Of a DNA stretch of 64,000 nucleotides, positions 36,387-46,119 are shown one piece after another. This stretch comes from a virus (taxonomy: Duplodnaviria; Caudoviricetes): the IMG/VR virus record IMGVR_UViG_3300025030_000042. One strand, 5' to 3'. The position numbers and the translations under genes were made by a program. Numbering within the stretch: the stretch's first letter is position 1; each line of letters starts with the position of its first letter. The notes under the pieces are model-generated. The model searched no databases. It saw only the letters and a list, made by a program, of their open reading frames with translations, and was not told where the DNA came from.

Positions 36387-36728
36387 TTACTTTCCTTCAT
36401 AAATCTTCTTTAATCTTTCAAATTCGGCAAGTTCCTGCTGCTTTTGTTGTTCAACTTGTTCTTTTTCTTTTGTAATCCTATCCTGAAACTCTTCGTCTGT
36501 TTCCAATCGTCGACCACAAACTTTTACAACAACCGATTCTTCACGATCATAAGCAGATTCATAACCTTTTTCAATATCAATACGAACCTCGTCTTCGTCG
36601 ATATTTTCTTTTGCCGCCCATTCTCTGAGAATAAGGCAAGTTTTTTCTATTGCTTTCAAAGTTTCGAAACCGCTTACACCAAAATAATAGGGATGATTTG
36701 GCATATAGATAGTTTTATGTTTTTTCAT
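36387..36728 (-). CDS. hypothetical protein, paralog of 39851..40186
   Basis: ETDEE..RLKKIYEGK; start re-picked. Confidence 0.7.
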   Translation of the reverse strand: MKKHKTIYMPNHPYYFGVSGFETLKAIEKTCLILREWAAKENIDEDEVRIDIEKGYESAYDREESVVVKVCGRRLETDEEFQDRITKEKEQVEQQKQQELAEFERLKKIYEGK

Positions 36729-36820
36729 CTGGAAAACACTCCTCTTAAGATCCATCCTAATACAAACGCCAACGCAAGAAATATCATTGATATCTTTATT
36801 GAATTTTGTTCGTCGTTCAT
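36725..36820 (-). CDS. 31 aa membrane peptide
   Basis: AGGAGG RBS after promoter copy 18; MNDEQNSIKISMIFLALAFVLGWILRGVFSR. Confidence 0.6.
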   Translation of the reverse strand: MNDEQNSIKISMIFLALAFVLGWILRGVFSR

Positions 36821-36846
36821 TTTGACACTTCCTCCTTCTACCACGG

Positions 36847-36874
36847 ATTATACGATCTATGTAGCAAAATTTTT
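36847..36874 (-). promoter_or_regulatory. phage promoter motif copy 18
   Basis: AAAAA-N12-GATCGTATAAT. Confidence 0.7.
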
Positions 36875-37071
36875 CAGAAAATCGTCAGCAACGGTCGCTT
36901 TAAAGCATTTTGTTCGGCGGAAAGCAACTTTTGTGCCAAACTTTTTTTCATATTTGTGATCCGGCTTACGAAAAAAAAATCGTCCGACGAGAAATATTTC
37001 CTTGACCGCAGAGGTAGAAACGCTATCCTATAATCGTATCATTCAGTAACCGTCGTCACCAAGGAGACACC

Positions 37072-37260
37072 ATGAAAGTCCGCGACCTGATCGAGACCCT
37101 CAAAACAATGAACCCCGAGAAACCCCTTCAATGTCGCCACGTTAAGTTTGCCCATTGCGGTTCAACCAAGATCGAATCGGTATTCCAGATTACAGTCGTT
37201 GACCGAAACGGGGAACTCTTGCTCTCCGATTCTGAAGATCTCACCGACGAGAATCAGTAG
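37072..37260 (+). CDS. small hypothetical protein (MKVRDLIETL)
   Basis: AAGGAG RBS; TTGACC-16-TATCCT upstream. Confidence 0.7.
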   Translation: MKVRDLIETLKTMNPEKPLQCRHVKFAHCGSTKIESVFQITVVDRNGELLLSDSEDLTDENQ

Positions 37261-37326
37261 CCCACCCCACAATCATCTCCCCCGCATTGTAAAAAATTCA
37301 CTCTGTTGGGGGAGATCTTTCCCGCA

Positions 37327-37354
37327 TTGACAAGTCCTTTCTCCATCGTATAAT
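37327..37354 (+). promoter_or_regulatory. consensus sigma70 promoter
   Basis: TTGACA-16-TATAAT, preceded by ATCG. Confidence 0.8.
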
Positions 37355-37397
37355 CCAATAGTAAATCACTTTTGGTAAAGAAAGAGAGGATGAAACG

Positions 37398-37730
37398 ATG
37401 GCAAAAGGATTCAAATGTAATGTGTGCGGGTCGATGACGGTCCACAACAAGGGATCACACCAGCAGTGTTCCACGTGTCGCACGGTATCGTGGAGTTGGG
37501 AACAGGGAGTTCGTGGTCTTGGTTCGGGTCGGGGGCATAAGTGCCCTTGGTGCACGCTTCCGACGCTTCATATTGTCAACACATATAGTTGTGGAGACGG
37601 AACGGAACTGGATATTTCGCGTTGTTCGACCTGTAACTACAGGTCGATCACCGATGCCAACTGGAATCAAAAGCCGGACGGAAAGGGGGTAGAAGATCGA
37701 ACGGAAATAGAAGAAAAACATCTCTCATAA
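37398..37730 (+). CDS. multi zinc-ribbon protein
   Basis: four CxxC pairs. Confidence 0.7.
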   Translation: MAKGFKCNVCGSMTVHNKGSHQQCSTCRTVSWSWEQGVRGLGSGRGHKCPWCTLPTLHIVNTYSCGDGTELDISRCSTCNYRSITDANWNQKPDGKGVEDRTEIEEKHLS

Positions 37731-37745
37731 TCTCCCGCCCATATA

Positions 37746-37940
37746 TCATTCAACAATATGCTCGATGTTACATTCGGTCAACATCGAGCATATTCTTTTT
37801 TTATCTTCTTTATCAATACAATAAGTTAGAATATCATAAATCTTTGATTTGAATTTGGGATAACCAAGATTTGTCATTGTTCGAATGGTTTCATTAGAGA
37901 CTTTCACAAGAACCAAAACAGTTTCTTTATTTTGTTTCAT
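37746..37940 (-). CDS. hypothetical protein
   Basis: 64 aa. Confidence 0.55.
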   Translation of the reverse strand: MKQNKETVLVLVKVSNETIRTMTNLGYPKFKSKIYDILTYCIDKEDKKRICSMLTECNIEHIVE

Positions 37941-38374
37941 TATCTTTTGGCTCGCTTTAAAATGTTTCCTTGATTATCCAAAGAAAAATCATACAGATCC
38001 CAATCTCGCGTTAGTTGTCTCGCAATCTCCAGAGGTAGCCAACAGATAACTTCTGTATTATCTGCCATAATCGCCCCACCACACTTGATCGAATAACTTC
38101 GTTGAGGATTCTTTACAATATTCGTTGAATAGATTTTTTGAAACATTTGATTAACCTTGTTTAGTTCTTTTTTTAAAATTTCATTCATCTCTTTTTCAAC
38201 ATTTTTATCATTAGCAATTTCATCTCTTTTATTAAGATTTGCTACAGACATTATCAAAAGTTTATCGTATTTAATCCTTAAAAAATTATTTATTGGATAA
38301 TATTCAAAAAGATTATAGTTAATAATTTCTATTATACCTTTGTTATTTTCAAAATAACAAGGATAATAACTCAT
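37940..38374 (-). CDS. hypothetical protein
   Basis: 144 aa. Confidence 0.65.
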   Translation of the reverse strand: MSYYPCYFENNKGIIEIINYNLFEYYPINNFLRIKYDKLLIMSVANLNKRDEIANDKNVEKEMNEILKKELNKVNQMFQKIYSTNIVKNPQRSYSIKCGGAIMADNTEVICWLPLEIARQLTRDWDLYDFSLDNQGNILKRAKR

Positions 38375-38985
38375 TTCAACACCAAATCGTAGTTTGTAAT
38401 CTTAACGATTTCCGACATTTGAGAAACATATTTAGCGATCAAATCCTGTCGATTCCTTTCGACCGCATCTTTCCAAGCAACATTCAATCGAAGCATTGCG
38501 ACTTCGGCATTCACAAAAAACTCAATCATATCAACAACAACACTGATCGTTGCCGTATTCATCGAATGATGCGAACGCTCAAAAATGAATCGATGCTTTC
38601 GTTCGTTTTCAACGATCAATGTTGTGGTTACCGGAGAATCGGATCCGGTTTTATTTTTTGTTGTATCCGATTGAATATTTGCGTGGGCATCAAAAGAAAC
38701 AAACTTGATTCCATTCAATGAAATATATTTCTCTTTGAAAAAGTTGCTCATCGATCCATAAAGAGCATCAACAATACCCTTTCCAGAACCTTCGATAAGA
38801 TGAGAAACATTTGAACGACCGGAAACTTTCAACTCGTATTCCACGCAAGAAACATTCTCTTTGAGACTTTCTTTCAAAATAAGAGAATCGATTTCAACTT
38901 TTGACCACCAACTACCAAGAACCTTTTTGATCATAATCGTTAGTTCTTGTCGTTCAATATCTTGAGCAGTTGGTTTGTTTTTCAT
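38371..38985 (-). CDS. stand-alone LeuA (isopropylmalate synthase) regulatory-domain-like protein
   Basis: IEGSGKGIVDALY..GSDSPVTTTLIVE..SMNTATISVVVDMIE resembles the GxGNGPVDA..GxDA..SxDIxxAS pattern. Confidence 0.55.
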   Translation of the reverse strand: MKNKPTAQDIERQELTIMIKKVLGSWWSKVEIDSLILKESLKENVSCVEYELKVSGRSNVSHLIEGSGKGIVDALYGSMSNFFKEKYISLNGIKFVSFDAHANIQSDTTKNKTGSDSPVTTTLIVENERKHRFIFERSHHSMNTATISVVVDMIEFFVNAEVAMLRLNVAWKDAVERNRQDLIAKYVSQMSEIVKITNYDLVLK

Positions 38986-39032
38986 TGTTGAAATTTCCTA
39001 TGTTATTTGTTTTAAATAGGATTCATTTCTCT

Positions 39033-39422
39033 TTATGGATTAAAGTCTTTGCTCCATCTTTCGTTAACATAAGTTTTGAAAATATTTCTTTCTGTTTCCG
39101 AAATCAAATCGTTGTAAATACTATTATACACATTCTCATATTCTTGAGGAAAAACTTCTTTTAAATCACACGATTTGTTTTGACCAAACAATTTTTCATA
39201 TTGTATAAAGATTTTTTTAGTTATATCAAAAAATTTAGAATGAACCGCAATAATAGTGTCTTGCCAACGATTTATTTTTGATTGAGCAATATATGTATAC
39301 ATAAACATATAAAACGCAAACTTTTCATTGTTATTGGTTTGATACTGATCACATTTATTCAACCAATACTTAGCATTGTAAAGAGTTTCGATCTTTTTTA
39401 GTTCATTTAAATCAAAAGACAT
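39033..39422 (-). CDS. hypothetical protein
   Basis: 129 aa. Confidence 0.65.
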   Translation of the reverse strand: MSFDLNELKKIETLYNAKYWLNKCDQYQTNNNEKFAFYMFMYTYIAQSKINRWQDTIIAVHSKFFDITKKIFIQYEKLFGQNKSCDLKEVFPQEYENVYNSIYNDLISETERNIFKTYVNERWSKDFNP

Positions 39423-39537
39423 TTTAATATCCTTTTGCTACTTCAACCAATAAACAACAATAACCATCATAAAGAACCAAGAGACGAACATCACCTTGAA
39501 AAAGATTTTTTCGTTACGGGTCAACATCTTAACCTCC

Positions 39538-39780
39538 TTACCAGGCTTTCAAAGTCCCACATTCTGGACAACCATAGATAGTTCTATACCCCTTTAATAC
39601 TTCGATTGACTCAAAAGGCTTCTTATCTACAAATATATACTTATATTTCGCCAATACTTTTACTTGTCCCTTCTCCGGTCCTTTCTTATATAACACAGCG
39701 GGTTCGATTAGTGTTACACTTTCTACTGGATCATCGTCATATCCGCAGGCTTCACATTTCATTTCCAAAACCCTTTCCAC
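39538..39780 (-). CDS. zinc-ribbon protein
   Basis: CEACG..GCPECG. Confidence 0.65.
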   Translation of the reverse strand: MERVLEMKCEACGYDDDPVESVTLIEPAVLYKKGPEKGQVKVLAKYKYIFVDKKPFESIEVLKGYRTIYGCPECGTLKAW

Positions 39781-39850
39781 AAACAGTATATAACAAAAAG
39801 AGCAGTAATCGTTGGTAAAATAACATCAGGATACAATAGGCGTCTAAACT

Positions 39851-40186
39851 TCATCTCTTTTTCCCTTCATAAATCTTCTTTAGTTTCAAATACCCCTCAT
39901 ATCGTTGTTGCTCGAGAAACTTTAGCTCCTCTTCATATTTACCAAGTCTTTGTTGGGTTTCTTCGTCTGTTTCTGTTCGCCATGCATGAACTTCTATGAC
40001 AATATCTCCCTTATAGTTTGAATGGATATCAATATCGACATCTTCTTCCTTCATATTATTTTCTTTTGCCCAATTTTCAATAACTTGGCAACTGTCTTTC
40101 ATTGCGTCCAGAGTAGAAAAATTAGTCGCATCAAACTCCCTGGGCATTCTCATAAATTTGTTTCTCTTTACTGACTTTTTCATCAC
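39851..40186 (-). CDS. hypothetical protein, paralog of 36387..36728
   Basis: ETDEE..LKKIYEGK. Confidence 0.7.
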   Translation of the reverse strand: MMKKSVKRNKFMRMPREFDATNFSTLDAMKDSCQVIENWAKENNMKEEDVDIDIHSNYKGDIVIEVHAWRTETDEETQQRLGKYEEELKFLEQQRYEGYLKLKKIYEGKKR

Positions 40187-40407
40187 GGCACCTTTCCCAT
40201 CAATCCAAGCCGTCTAACGAGAACCTGTTTCCACTTGGGAAGTGAACGCCAACTATCCCAACGCTCAGCATTACCAGTTCTCAATCGAGTGTGGGATATG
40301 ATTAAATCTTGAAGAGCCACTTGTTCGTCCTCTTGCTCGGTGTTATTTTGATAGACTGAACCGAGAGATACAATGCCCAGACTTTTCAAATACTCTCTTG
40401 CCGTCAT
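40183..40407 (-). CDS. hypothetical protein
   Basis: ATGA overlaps. Confidence 0.65.
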   Translation of the reverse strand: MTAREYLKSLGIVSLGSVYQNNTEQEDEQVALQDLIISHTRLRTGNAERWDSWRSLPKWKQVLVRRLGLMGKVP

Positions 40408-40703
40408 TTCAACACACTTTCTTCTCGAACTTCTACTTCTTCTACAGAATATTCTGTTTCTGAAGTTCCAGAATCATCATATTTATTTATACAAGCACGA
40501 ATTTCGGGTGTAGGTAATCGAGCGGAAAGTTTGTTGAGAAAATCTTTACTCCTTTGTTGATTTTCTCGCTTCATTGAAGCAGCCTCTTCGGTTGCGAGTA
40601 GGGCGTGTTCTTCTGCTAACTTCTCATCAAAGTAAAACGCCACATTATATTTGCCCATATATTCATAATCATAATAGTGTCCTACAACGATGTAGATCTT
40701 CAT
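40404..40703 (-). CDS. hypothetical protein
   Basis: 99 aa. Confidence 0.7.
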   Translation of the reverse strand: MKIYIVVGHYYDYEYMGKYNVAFYFDEKLAEEHALLATEEAASMKRENQQRSKDFLNKLSARLPTPEIRACINKYDDSGTSETEYSVEEVEVREESVLK

Positions 40704-40704
40704 T

Positions 40705-40926
40705 TTATTTCTCTGTCTTGTTTGGTTCGATAAGAAAAACTAAACTTTGAATGTGTTTAGTATTTTCTTTAGTCTGTTCAATATTAAATATAGGACAGGC
40801 ACCATGATAGTGACCATAAATATATGTATTTCCAAGTTGTGCTGATAGTAGAGCAATTAAATCAACCGCTTCTTTATTTGAAAGAACAAATACAGTTTCT
40901 TCGCAGTTTTCAAATGTTCGGGCCAT
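40705..40926 (-). CDS. hypothetical protein
   Basis: 73 aa. Confidence 0.65.
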   Translation of the reverse strand: MARTFENCEETVFVLSNKEAVDLIALLSAQLGNTYIYGHYHGACPIFNIEQTKENTKHIQSLVFLIEPNKTEK

Positions 40927-41063
40927 TTTATTTCACCAACCTATAAAAGAATGTTGCTGGAACAGTGAGTGGCCAGATAACCCAAAGTAAATACCATATA
41001 ACGATCGCAATGATACTTTTCGTTTACAACCGGATCAAGATCGAAAATAAAAATATTCACTTT

Positions 41064-41273
41064 TTACTTCTTGCTCGTCAAATGATAACAAGAACAATAT
41101 TGACATTGATAAATATACAACTTCGCTCCACTTCGCTTGTATGCTCGCGAAACAAGATCCTTGGCGTTCTTGCGCGATTCATATTTCTTTTTTGCTAAGC
41201 AGCCTTTCAAAAGACGATAATCAAGGTTAGAGACATTCAGAGTTTTGATGGTCTCCGGCTTTGCTCGGAACAT
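41064..41273 (-). CDS. basic zinc-binding protein
   Basis: C..KKKYESRKNA..YQCQYCSCYHLT; start re-picked. Confidence 0.65.
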   Translation of the reverse strand: MFRAKPETIKTLNVSNLDYRLLKGCLAKKKYESRKNAKDLVSRAYKRSGAKLYIYQCQYCSCYHLTSKK

Positions 41274-41311
41274 TATATGCCTCGCTTTCCTCTGTTGTTT
41301 GTATACCACCA

Positions 41312-41339
41312 ATATAGCAGAGCGGTTGTGGGCGTCAAG
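41312..41339 (-). promoter_or_regulatory. sigma70-type promoter
   Basis: TTGACG-16-TATATT with extended TG. Confidence 0.65.
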
Positions 41340-41385
41340 AGAAAATGGTTTATTGCTAACCCCTTGATATCACAGGAGTTTAATA

Positions 41386-41706
41386 TTACGAAAGCAAAAC
41401 GGCTTTTTGACCATTCATCATTTTGGTATGTTCGGTGATTTTGTTCATAATGATTGCAAACTCATCGACTTGTTTTTCCGTCATTGCTTTGCTGATCAAA
41501 TGAGAGTTTCTGCCGACAAGTTCAAGGATTTCGGTCGATAGAATGCGAATATCGCCTTTTTTTCGTGAGAGATCTTTTTCTCTATATCGAAATAGTTGGT
41601 CCGTTTTTTCTTTCAATAGAGATAAGAAGTTGGAGACGAGGGTTTGTTCGACTGATTGAAGTTGATCGGTTAGGAAGTCGAGATCGAATTTGAGATCGGT
41701 TGACAT
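41386..41706 (-). CDS. hypothetical helical protein
   Basis: 106 aa. Confidence 0.7.
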   Translation of the reverse strand: MSTDLKFDLDFLTDQLQSVEQTLVSNFLSLLKEKTDQLFRYREKDLSRKKGDIRILSTEILELVGRNSHLISKAMTEKQVDEFAIIMNKITEHTKMMNGQKAVLLS

Positions 41707-41707
41707 T

Positions 41708-42100
41708 TTATTTCCTTTTGCATTCTAAACACAACGTCCTCAACCATCCACCCGTTTTTCTCATTTCGCCTTTTTCACTTCCGCAAATCTCACAAGTAAT
41801 CGCACTTTTTCGTTCTGCTTCTGCAATAAGATCGCTCATCTCCTTGGTTTCGATGGTCATATAGAACCTTAAAAATCCGAATTTTTCTTTCGCCTGAACG
41901 GCACGATAATCGCCACGCTTTTCTTCGGGCATCCTTAAAATACATTCTTCAAGTTTTGCCGACAAATCATATACCAGATCATTCCAACCGTCATCGAACG
42001 AAAACCCCCAACAAATCAAAGTCTTTGATAAAGATTCATCTTTGTCTCTATAAAGATTTGGAAAGTCGTTAAAAAGTTTTTCTGTGTTTTCTTTATTCAT
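41708..42100 (-). CDS. conserved phage protein (KEKFGxLRFY motif) with zinc ribbon
   Basis: GW..LV..QAKEKFGFLRFY..CEICG..CLEC. Confidence 0.75.
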   Translation of the reverse strand: MNKENTEKLFNDFPNLYRDKDESLSKTLICWGFSFDDGWNDLVYDLSAKLEECILRMPEEKRGDYRAVQAKEKFGFLRFYMTIETKEMSDLIAEAERKSAITCEICGSEKGEMRKTGGWLRTLCLECKRK

Positions 42101-42223
42101 TTGTGTAACCACCCTTTTACTGTTTGTCGAATATGTGGTCCTTCTCCGCACGCACACTTATCAAAACCTACCAAAGCAGAAATAACAACAATGAGAACGA
42201 TTCCAAGAATAAGTCGAATCATT

Positions 42224-42628
42224 TTATTCCTCCACCTTTTCAAAATACTTTTCGGTCATCCAGAAGTTATACGGTCTGCTTAACTTTTCATAACATTTAT
42301 CAAGTTGTGAATAAAATGTTTGATTGTCGGGTATCACCGAGTATATAAAACTATTTTTTCGGAAATCAACAGCAGTAATATTTCCAGTATTTCCTTTTAT
42401 CAAAAAATGATAACATCCGCTCCATCCATCTTCTTTTTTTGGAATATCTTCTATAAAAACTACTTTATCACCTTCTTTGAATTTTGTCATAGAAAACAAG
42501 CCATCAAGATATTGTTTGATTCGTTCCAAAGAATGTTTATATTTTTCACAACCGAGTTCTTTTACCAATGTCTTTTGAATGTGTTCGAAATCATTTAAAT
42601 ATTGTTTATATCCTTCTTCCCAACTCAT
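42224..42628 (-). CDS. hypothetical protein containing KEGDKV beta-barrel-like segment
   Basis: 134 aa. Confidence 0.65.
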   Translation of the reverse strand: MSWEEGYKQYLNDFEHIQKTLVKELGCEKYKHSLERIKQYLDGLFSMTKFKEGDKVVFIEDIPKKEDGWSGCYHFLIKGNTGNITAVDFRKNSFIYSVIPDNQTFYSQLDKCYEKLSRPYNFWMTEKYFEKVEE

Positions 42629-42909
42629 CTTTTTCTCCTTCCAATGATTTCATACGGTGGAACCCACTCGCCATATTCATTCTTTATTTCATTACAATCA
42701 ATTTTCACCATCAAATGATTATAATCTGGGGACCAAACAAAAAAGAAGCATAATGTTTTTGATCCTCTTGTATCGATAAGAAAGAATGATTCTCTTTGAA
42801 TATAATTTTTTATGTAGCCGCGATCAAATTTTGGTGTCGTTGTATCTTCGCAGGCGACACCAAATAGAATCAATATAACCAAAATAAATCTTTTGACTAC
42901 CAACAACAA
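42625..42909 (-). CDS. putative lipoprotein
   Basis: LFGVAC lipobox. Confidence 0.6.
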   Translation of the reverse strand: MLLVVKRFILVILILFGVACEDTTTPKFDRGYIKNYIQRESFFLIDTRGSKTLCFFFVWSPDYNHLMVKIDCNEIKNEYGEWVPPYEIIGRRKR

Positions 42910-42933
42910 CTACAACTTAAAACTCCTTGTTTA

Positions 42934-43209
42934 TTAAAATAGTTTTTCTAATCGCCCCCATATTTCACAGTTGTTATATTTTTTATTCATTCTAATATTG
43001 ACACCAGATTTTCCTTTTAAAGTAAATACCTTTTCAAAATCAAACGATTTTGTTTTGTTATTCCAATCGCATTTGGCGAGTAGAGAGAATGTGGAAATGT
43101 AAGTATTATAGATTTTAATATTTACATACTGTTCTTGTTCCGCCAACAAAATGGCGTCACGAATAAAAAGGAGTGATATCAATACAAGAATTGTAAAAAA
43201 GATTTTCAT
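42934..43209 (-). CDS. secreted/membrane protein
   Basis: N-terminal signal peptide. Confidence 0.6.
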   Translation of the reverse strand: MKIFFTILVLISLLFIRDAILLAEQEQYVNIKIYNTYISTFSLLAKCDWNNKTKSFDFEKVFTLKGKSGVNIRMNKKYNNCEIWGRLEKLF

Positions 43210-43218
43210 TGTGATAAT

Positions 43219-44037
43219 CTATCCATTAGTTAACTCTTTCTTCAAGTTTCCATATAGTTCTTCAAATGTATTTTCACTAGTTCCGCTTTGTTGACCATCG
43301 TTGAGTTCTATAACTATCCAGGCGCCTGTTTCTGTCATCGCAACATCAATAGCATAGAATGATATTTGATTACCAATGCGTGGAATAATATTAGTTTTTA
43401 GAAACTCCCTTTGTCCTTGATCAGTATTGAATGCTTGTAAACCAGCTTTTTCTTCTACTTCTTCTAGGTGACTAGACCAGTAATAACCTCCAGATAGTAT
43501 TTTTTGATTGTAAATAAAGTATCTGTATTCTTGAGTTATTGGTAAACCGTGAAGAGAAATGCAGTATGTATTAAGAGGAATAAATCGGCGAATATAAATG
43601 TTTTGCCGGCCAATTAAACTATCATCAAGAAGTCTACAATATACATCCATCATTTCTTTTCGGTTTGATGCGAACATATGTGTATCCCAGAGATGTTTGT
43701 GTGAATTGGTCGCACCCTTCAACACGACAGGAAATACATCATCTGGAACCTTATAGGGTTCATTCCAAGTTTCCGGTGTGAAATCTTTAATATCTTCATA
43801 CCATCTCATTACATCGGCCACATAGAGATGTTGATGATAATTGTTGATTAGTTTTGAACAGGAATGCTCGAGATCTTGCTCTAGTTCTGAATAGAATGGC
43901 AGAACAGAATAGCGACCGATTACTAAACTATTATTTGGAATATTATTTCTGTGTTGAGAAACAGGAAAGTATTTAGCGGCGATATCTATTTCTTCACTGC
44001 CAGGTTGAATATGTCTGTAGAGAATAATGGGTTTCAT
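43219..44037 (-). CDS. ATP-grasp domain protein
   Basis: EYRYFI..GGYYW; FYAIDVA..WIVIELNDGQQSG. Confidence 0.8.
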   Translation of the reverse strand: MKPIILYRHIQPGSEEIDIAAKYFPVSQHRNNIPNNSLVIGRYSVLPFYSELEQDLEHSCSKLINNYHQHLYVADVMRWYEDIKDFTPETWNEPYKVPDDVFPVVLKGATNSHKHLWDTHMFASNRKEMMDVYCRLLDDSLIGRQNIYIRRFIPLNTYCISLHGLPITQEYRYFIYNQKILSGGYYWSSHLEEVEEKAGLQAFNTDQGQREFLKTNIIPRIGNQISFYAIDVAMTETGAWIVIELNDGQQSGTSENTFEELYGNLKKELTNG

Positions 44038-44225
44038 TTATTTAACTTTATTAGAGATACTCTGAAATGTGAACCAATCTTTTTCTGATATTTTTTTGGA
44101 TTTATCCAACAAACACTAACAATTCTATCGTCTGTTTTACTTTCAGAAATTACAATACCAATTCCCAAATTCACAGAACCAGCACTGTGCGTTCTTACCA
44201 AATCGCCTGGTTTAAACATTGTCAT
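44034..44225 (-). CDS. K(V/I)GDL-family protein
   Basis: FKPGDLV..GIGIVI..VCW. Confidence 0.65.
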   Translation of the reverse strand: MTMFKPGDLVRTHSAGSVNLGIGIVISESKTDDRIVSVCWINPKKYQKKIGSHFRVSLIKLNK

Positions 44226-44535
44226 CTTCCAATATCTCTAAACAAATCTTACGAATGATTACACTTTCATCTGTTTTTTCCATTTTCTCTATTTGTCTTT
44301 TAACATCTTCGTTTAAATGATTTGTTAATCCATATAAAACACCTTCTCTTACGACCGCATCTTTATGATTCAATAATGGAATCAACGCCTTTCTTACTAC
44401 GTCCGAATCTTTAATGTGACCAGCGTATTCAGCGGCAAATGTTAGTTCGTGACTTGGTAAATCAATAGATTCGATAATCTCCAACAATATTGCTGGATTT
44501 TCTTTTGAAAGTTTTTCTAAAAGTTGTCTACTCAT
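44212..44535 (-). CDS. HEAT-repeat protein
   Basis: LIPLLNHKDAVVREGVLYGL. Confidence 0.7.
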   Translation of the reverse strand: MSRQLLEKLSKENPAILLEIIESIDLPSHELTFAAEYAGHIKDSDVVRKALIPLLNHKDAVVREGVLYGLTNHLNEDVKRQIEKMEKTDESVIIRKICLEILEDDNV

Positions 44536-44800
44536 TATTCTTTTTCTCTTGTTCCGCCACTACAATCTCAATTTCTTGAATCAGACGATTTTGATTATCG
44601 CGCATTGCCCTCGCATAACCTCGATAACCACGCGAAATGAATAGGAAAAGCAACGCAAATAAATACCCAAGCGTCGCCATCATTGGCGTCAACTTCCCGA
44701 ACATTCCAAGTAACGCGCCGGATACAAATACTGCCGAAAACACATAAAACACATTACTCCAAAAATCAAACTTTTTAAATGACCTATTTAGGTTATCCAT
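44528..44800 (-). CDS. membrane protein (2 TM)
   Basis: two hydrophobic helices. Confidence 0.65.
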   Translation of the reverse strand: MDNLNRSFKKFDFWSNVFYVFSAVFVSGALLGMFGKLTPMMATLGYLFALLFLFISRGYRGYARAMRDNQNRLIQEIEIVVAEQEKKNNE

Positions 44801-44811
44801 TTTATTATCGT

Positions 44812-45099
44812 TTACCTTTTCTGTTTTCTGGTATTCAAAGTTCTTGTATAAAAATCATCATTCATCGCTAAAAGTGCCGTTGAATATCCCATTTTAAAAG
44901 AATCTTTAACCATATCTTGAATTTCTGAAGAAGTCAAAGATGCTACCTTATCACACTTCTCGTTCATTTTTTTTGAAACAGAAGAAAAACTTTTAATAAA
45001 CTCTTCTTCCGTAATTCTTCTTTGCCAATTCTTGCCGGCATTGAAAAGAATCATTCCTAGAAAAAAACAAACGATTCCAACAATAACAAACAACATCAT
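44812..45099 (-). CDS. membrane-anchored protein
   Basis: N-terminal TM. Confidence 0.65.
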   Translation of the reverse strand: MMLFVIVGIVCFFLGMILFNAGKNWQRRITEEEFIKSFSSVSKKMNEKCDKVASLTSSEIQDMVKDSFKMGYSTALLAMNDDFYTRTLNTRKQKR

Positions 45100-45590
45100 A
45101 ACACTCTCTCTTTTTTACAATCTCGGCAATAAACAAACGGGTGATTATCCGCATAGTTCGTATAAATATTATTTCTAAAACATTGACAATATGAATCGTC
45201 GCTATTTTTTCTTTCTTCAAATTCAAGTTCAGCTAAAATGATTTTATCGGTTTTGCCATCAATGTGAGAAACAAAAACTGGAATATTAGAAACAAAACTT
45301 TTATTTATGTCCGACCCCCTAAAATCAAGATCAAAATAATAATATTTTCCATCAAAGGCAATATAAATTCGATCGAAATCTTGTAATGTCGTGGAACCTG
45401 GAAGAACCATTTGTTTCTTTTCAACCTTATGTACAAGCAAGGGGTTTGTTCCCATGCGAAATATCAAAGGTATTTTTTGAGAACCATAGTGTTGAATAAG
45501 TTTATCCACATATTCTGGATTTAGAAAAATCGTATTTCCTTCATCGATTTTAAGCGGCGGCATACTACAAAACTCCATATTTATTTTCAA
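45096..45590 (-). CDS. hypothetical protein
   Basis: 164 aa, C-terminal CxC..CxxC. Confidence 0.6.
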   Translation of the reverse strand: MKINMEFCSMPPLKIDEGNTIFLNPEYVDKLIQHYGSQKIPLIFRMGTNPLLVHKVEKKQMVLPGSTTLQDFDRIYIAFDGKYYYFDLDFRGSDINKSFVSNIPVFVSHIDGKTDKIILAELEFEERKNSDDSYCQCFRNNIYTNYADNHPFVYCRDCKKERVL

Positions 45591-46119
45591 TAAATTTATT
45601 TATGTTGTCCGCATCTTCTTTTGTGACTACAACAAAGTCTAATACTTTTTTCGCCCGATCGTCAAGAACTTTTTTCTCCTGTAACATCAAGGAGATACGC
45701 TTCGGTGTGCCTCGGGCGATATGCCGGCGCTTCAATTCCTCGATGTCGGCATCACAATAAACGCAAATGATACTTCTATTAAAATCTTTTGCAATCAGAT
45801 AAAGTCTTTTAATAGAATTAATATCAGAGATCATAACCGATTTTTTCGGCTCAATAAAAGAATCAAACAAAATACCATAAAAGTTTCCATTATAACTATT
45901 ATCATTGATGATTTTATTTGCAATCTTTAACGAATGCCATCGTTTCTTAGAAATGAAATAATAATCAAACTCAGATTCATTATCTCTTTTTTGTCGAGTG
46001 GTATAAGAAATAATATTATAATATTTATATTGCTCTACGAAATATTTTTTCCAAGTGGTTTTGCCCGCGCCGGTGGCACCAAAAAGAACAATAATTGGGG
46101 TTGTTATTTTATTTAACAT
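45565..46119 (-). CDS. guanylate kinase-like protein
   Basis: GATGAGKTT P-loop, ISYTTRQKRDNE, GNFYG. Confidence 0.8.
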   Translation of the reverse strand: MLNKITTPIIVLFGATGAGKTTWKKYFVEQYKYYNIISYTTRQKRDNESEFDYYFISKKRWHSLKIANKIINDNSYNGNFYGILFDSFIEPKKSVMISDINSIKRLYLIAKDFNRSIICVYCDADIEELKRRHIARGTPKRISLMLQEKKVLDDRAKKVLDFVVVTKEDADNINKFIENKYGVL

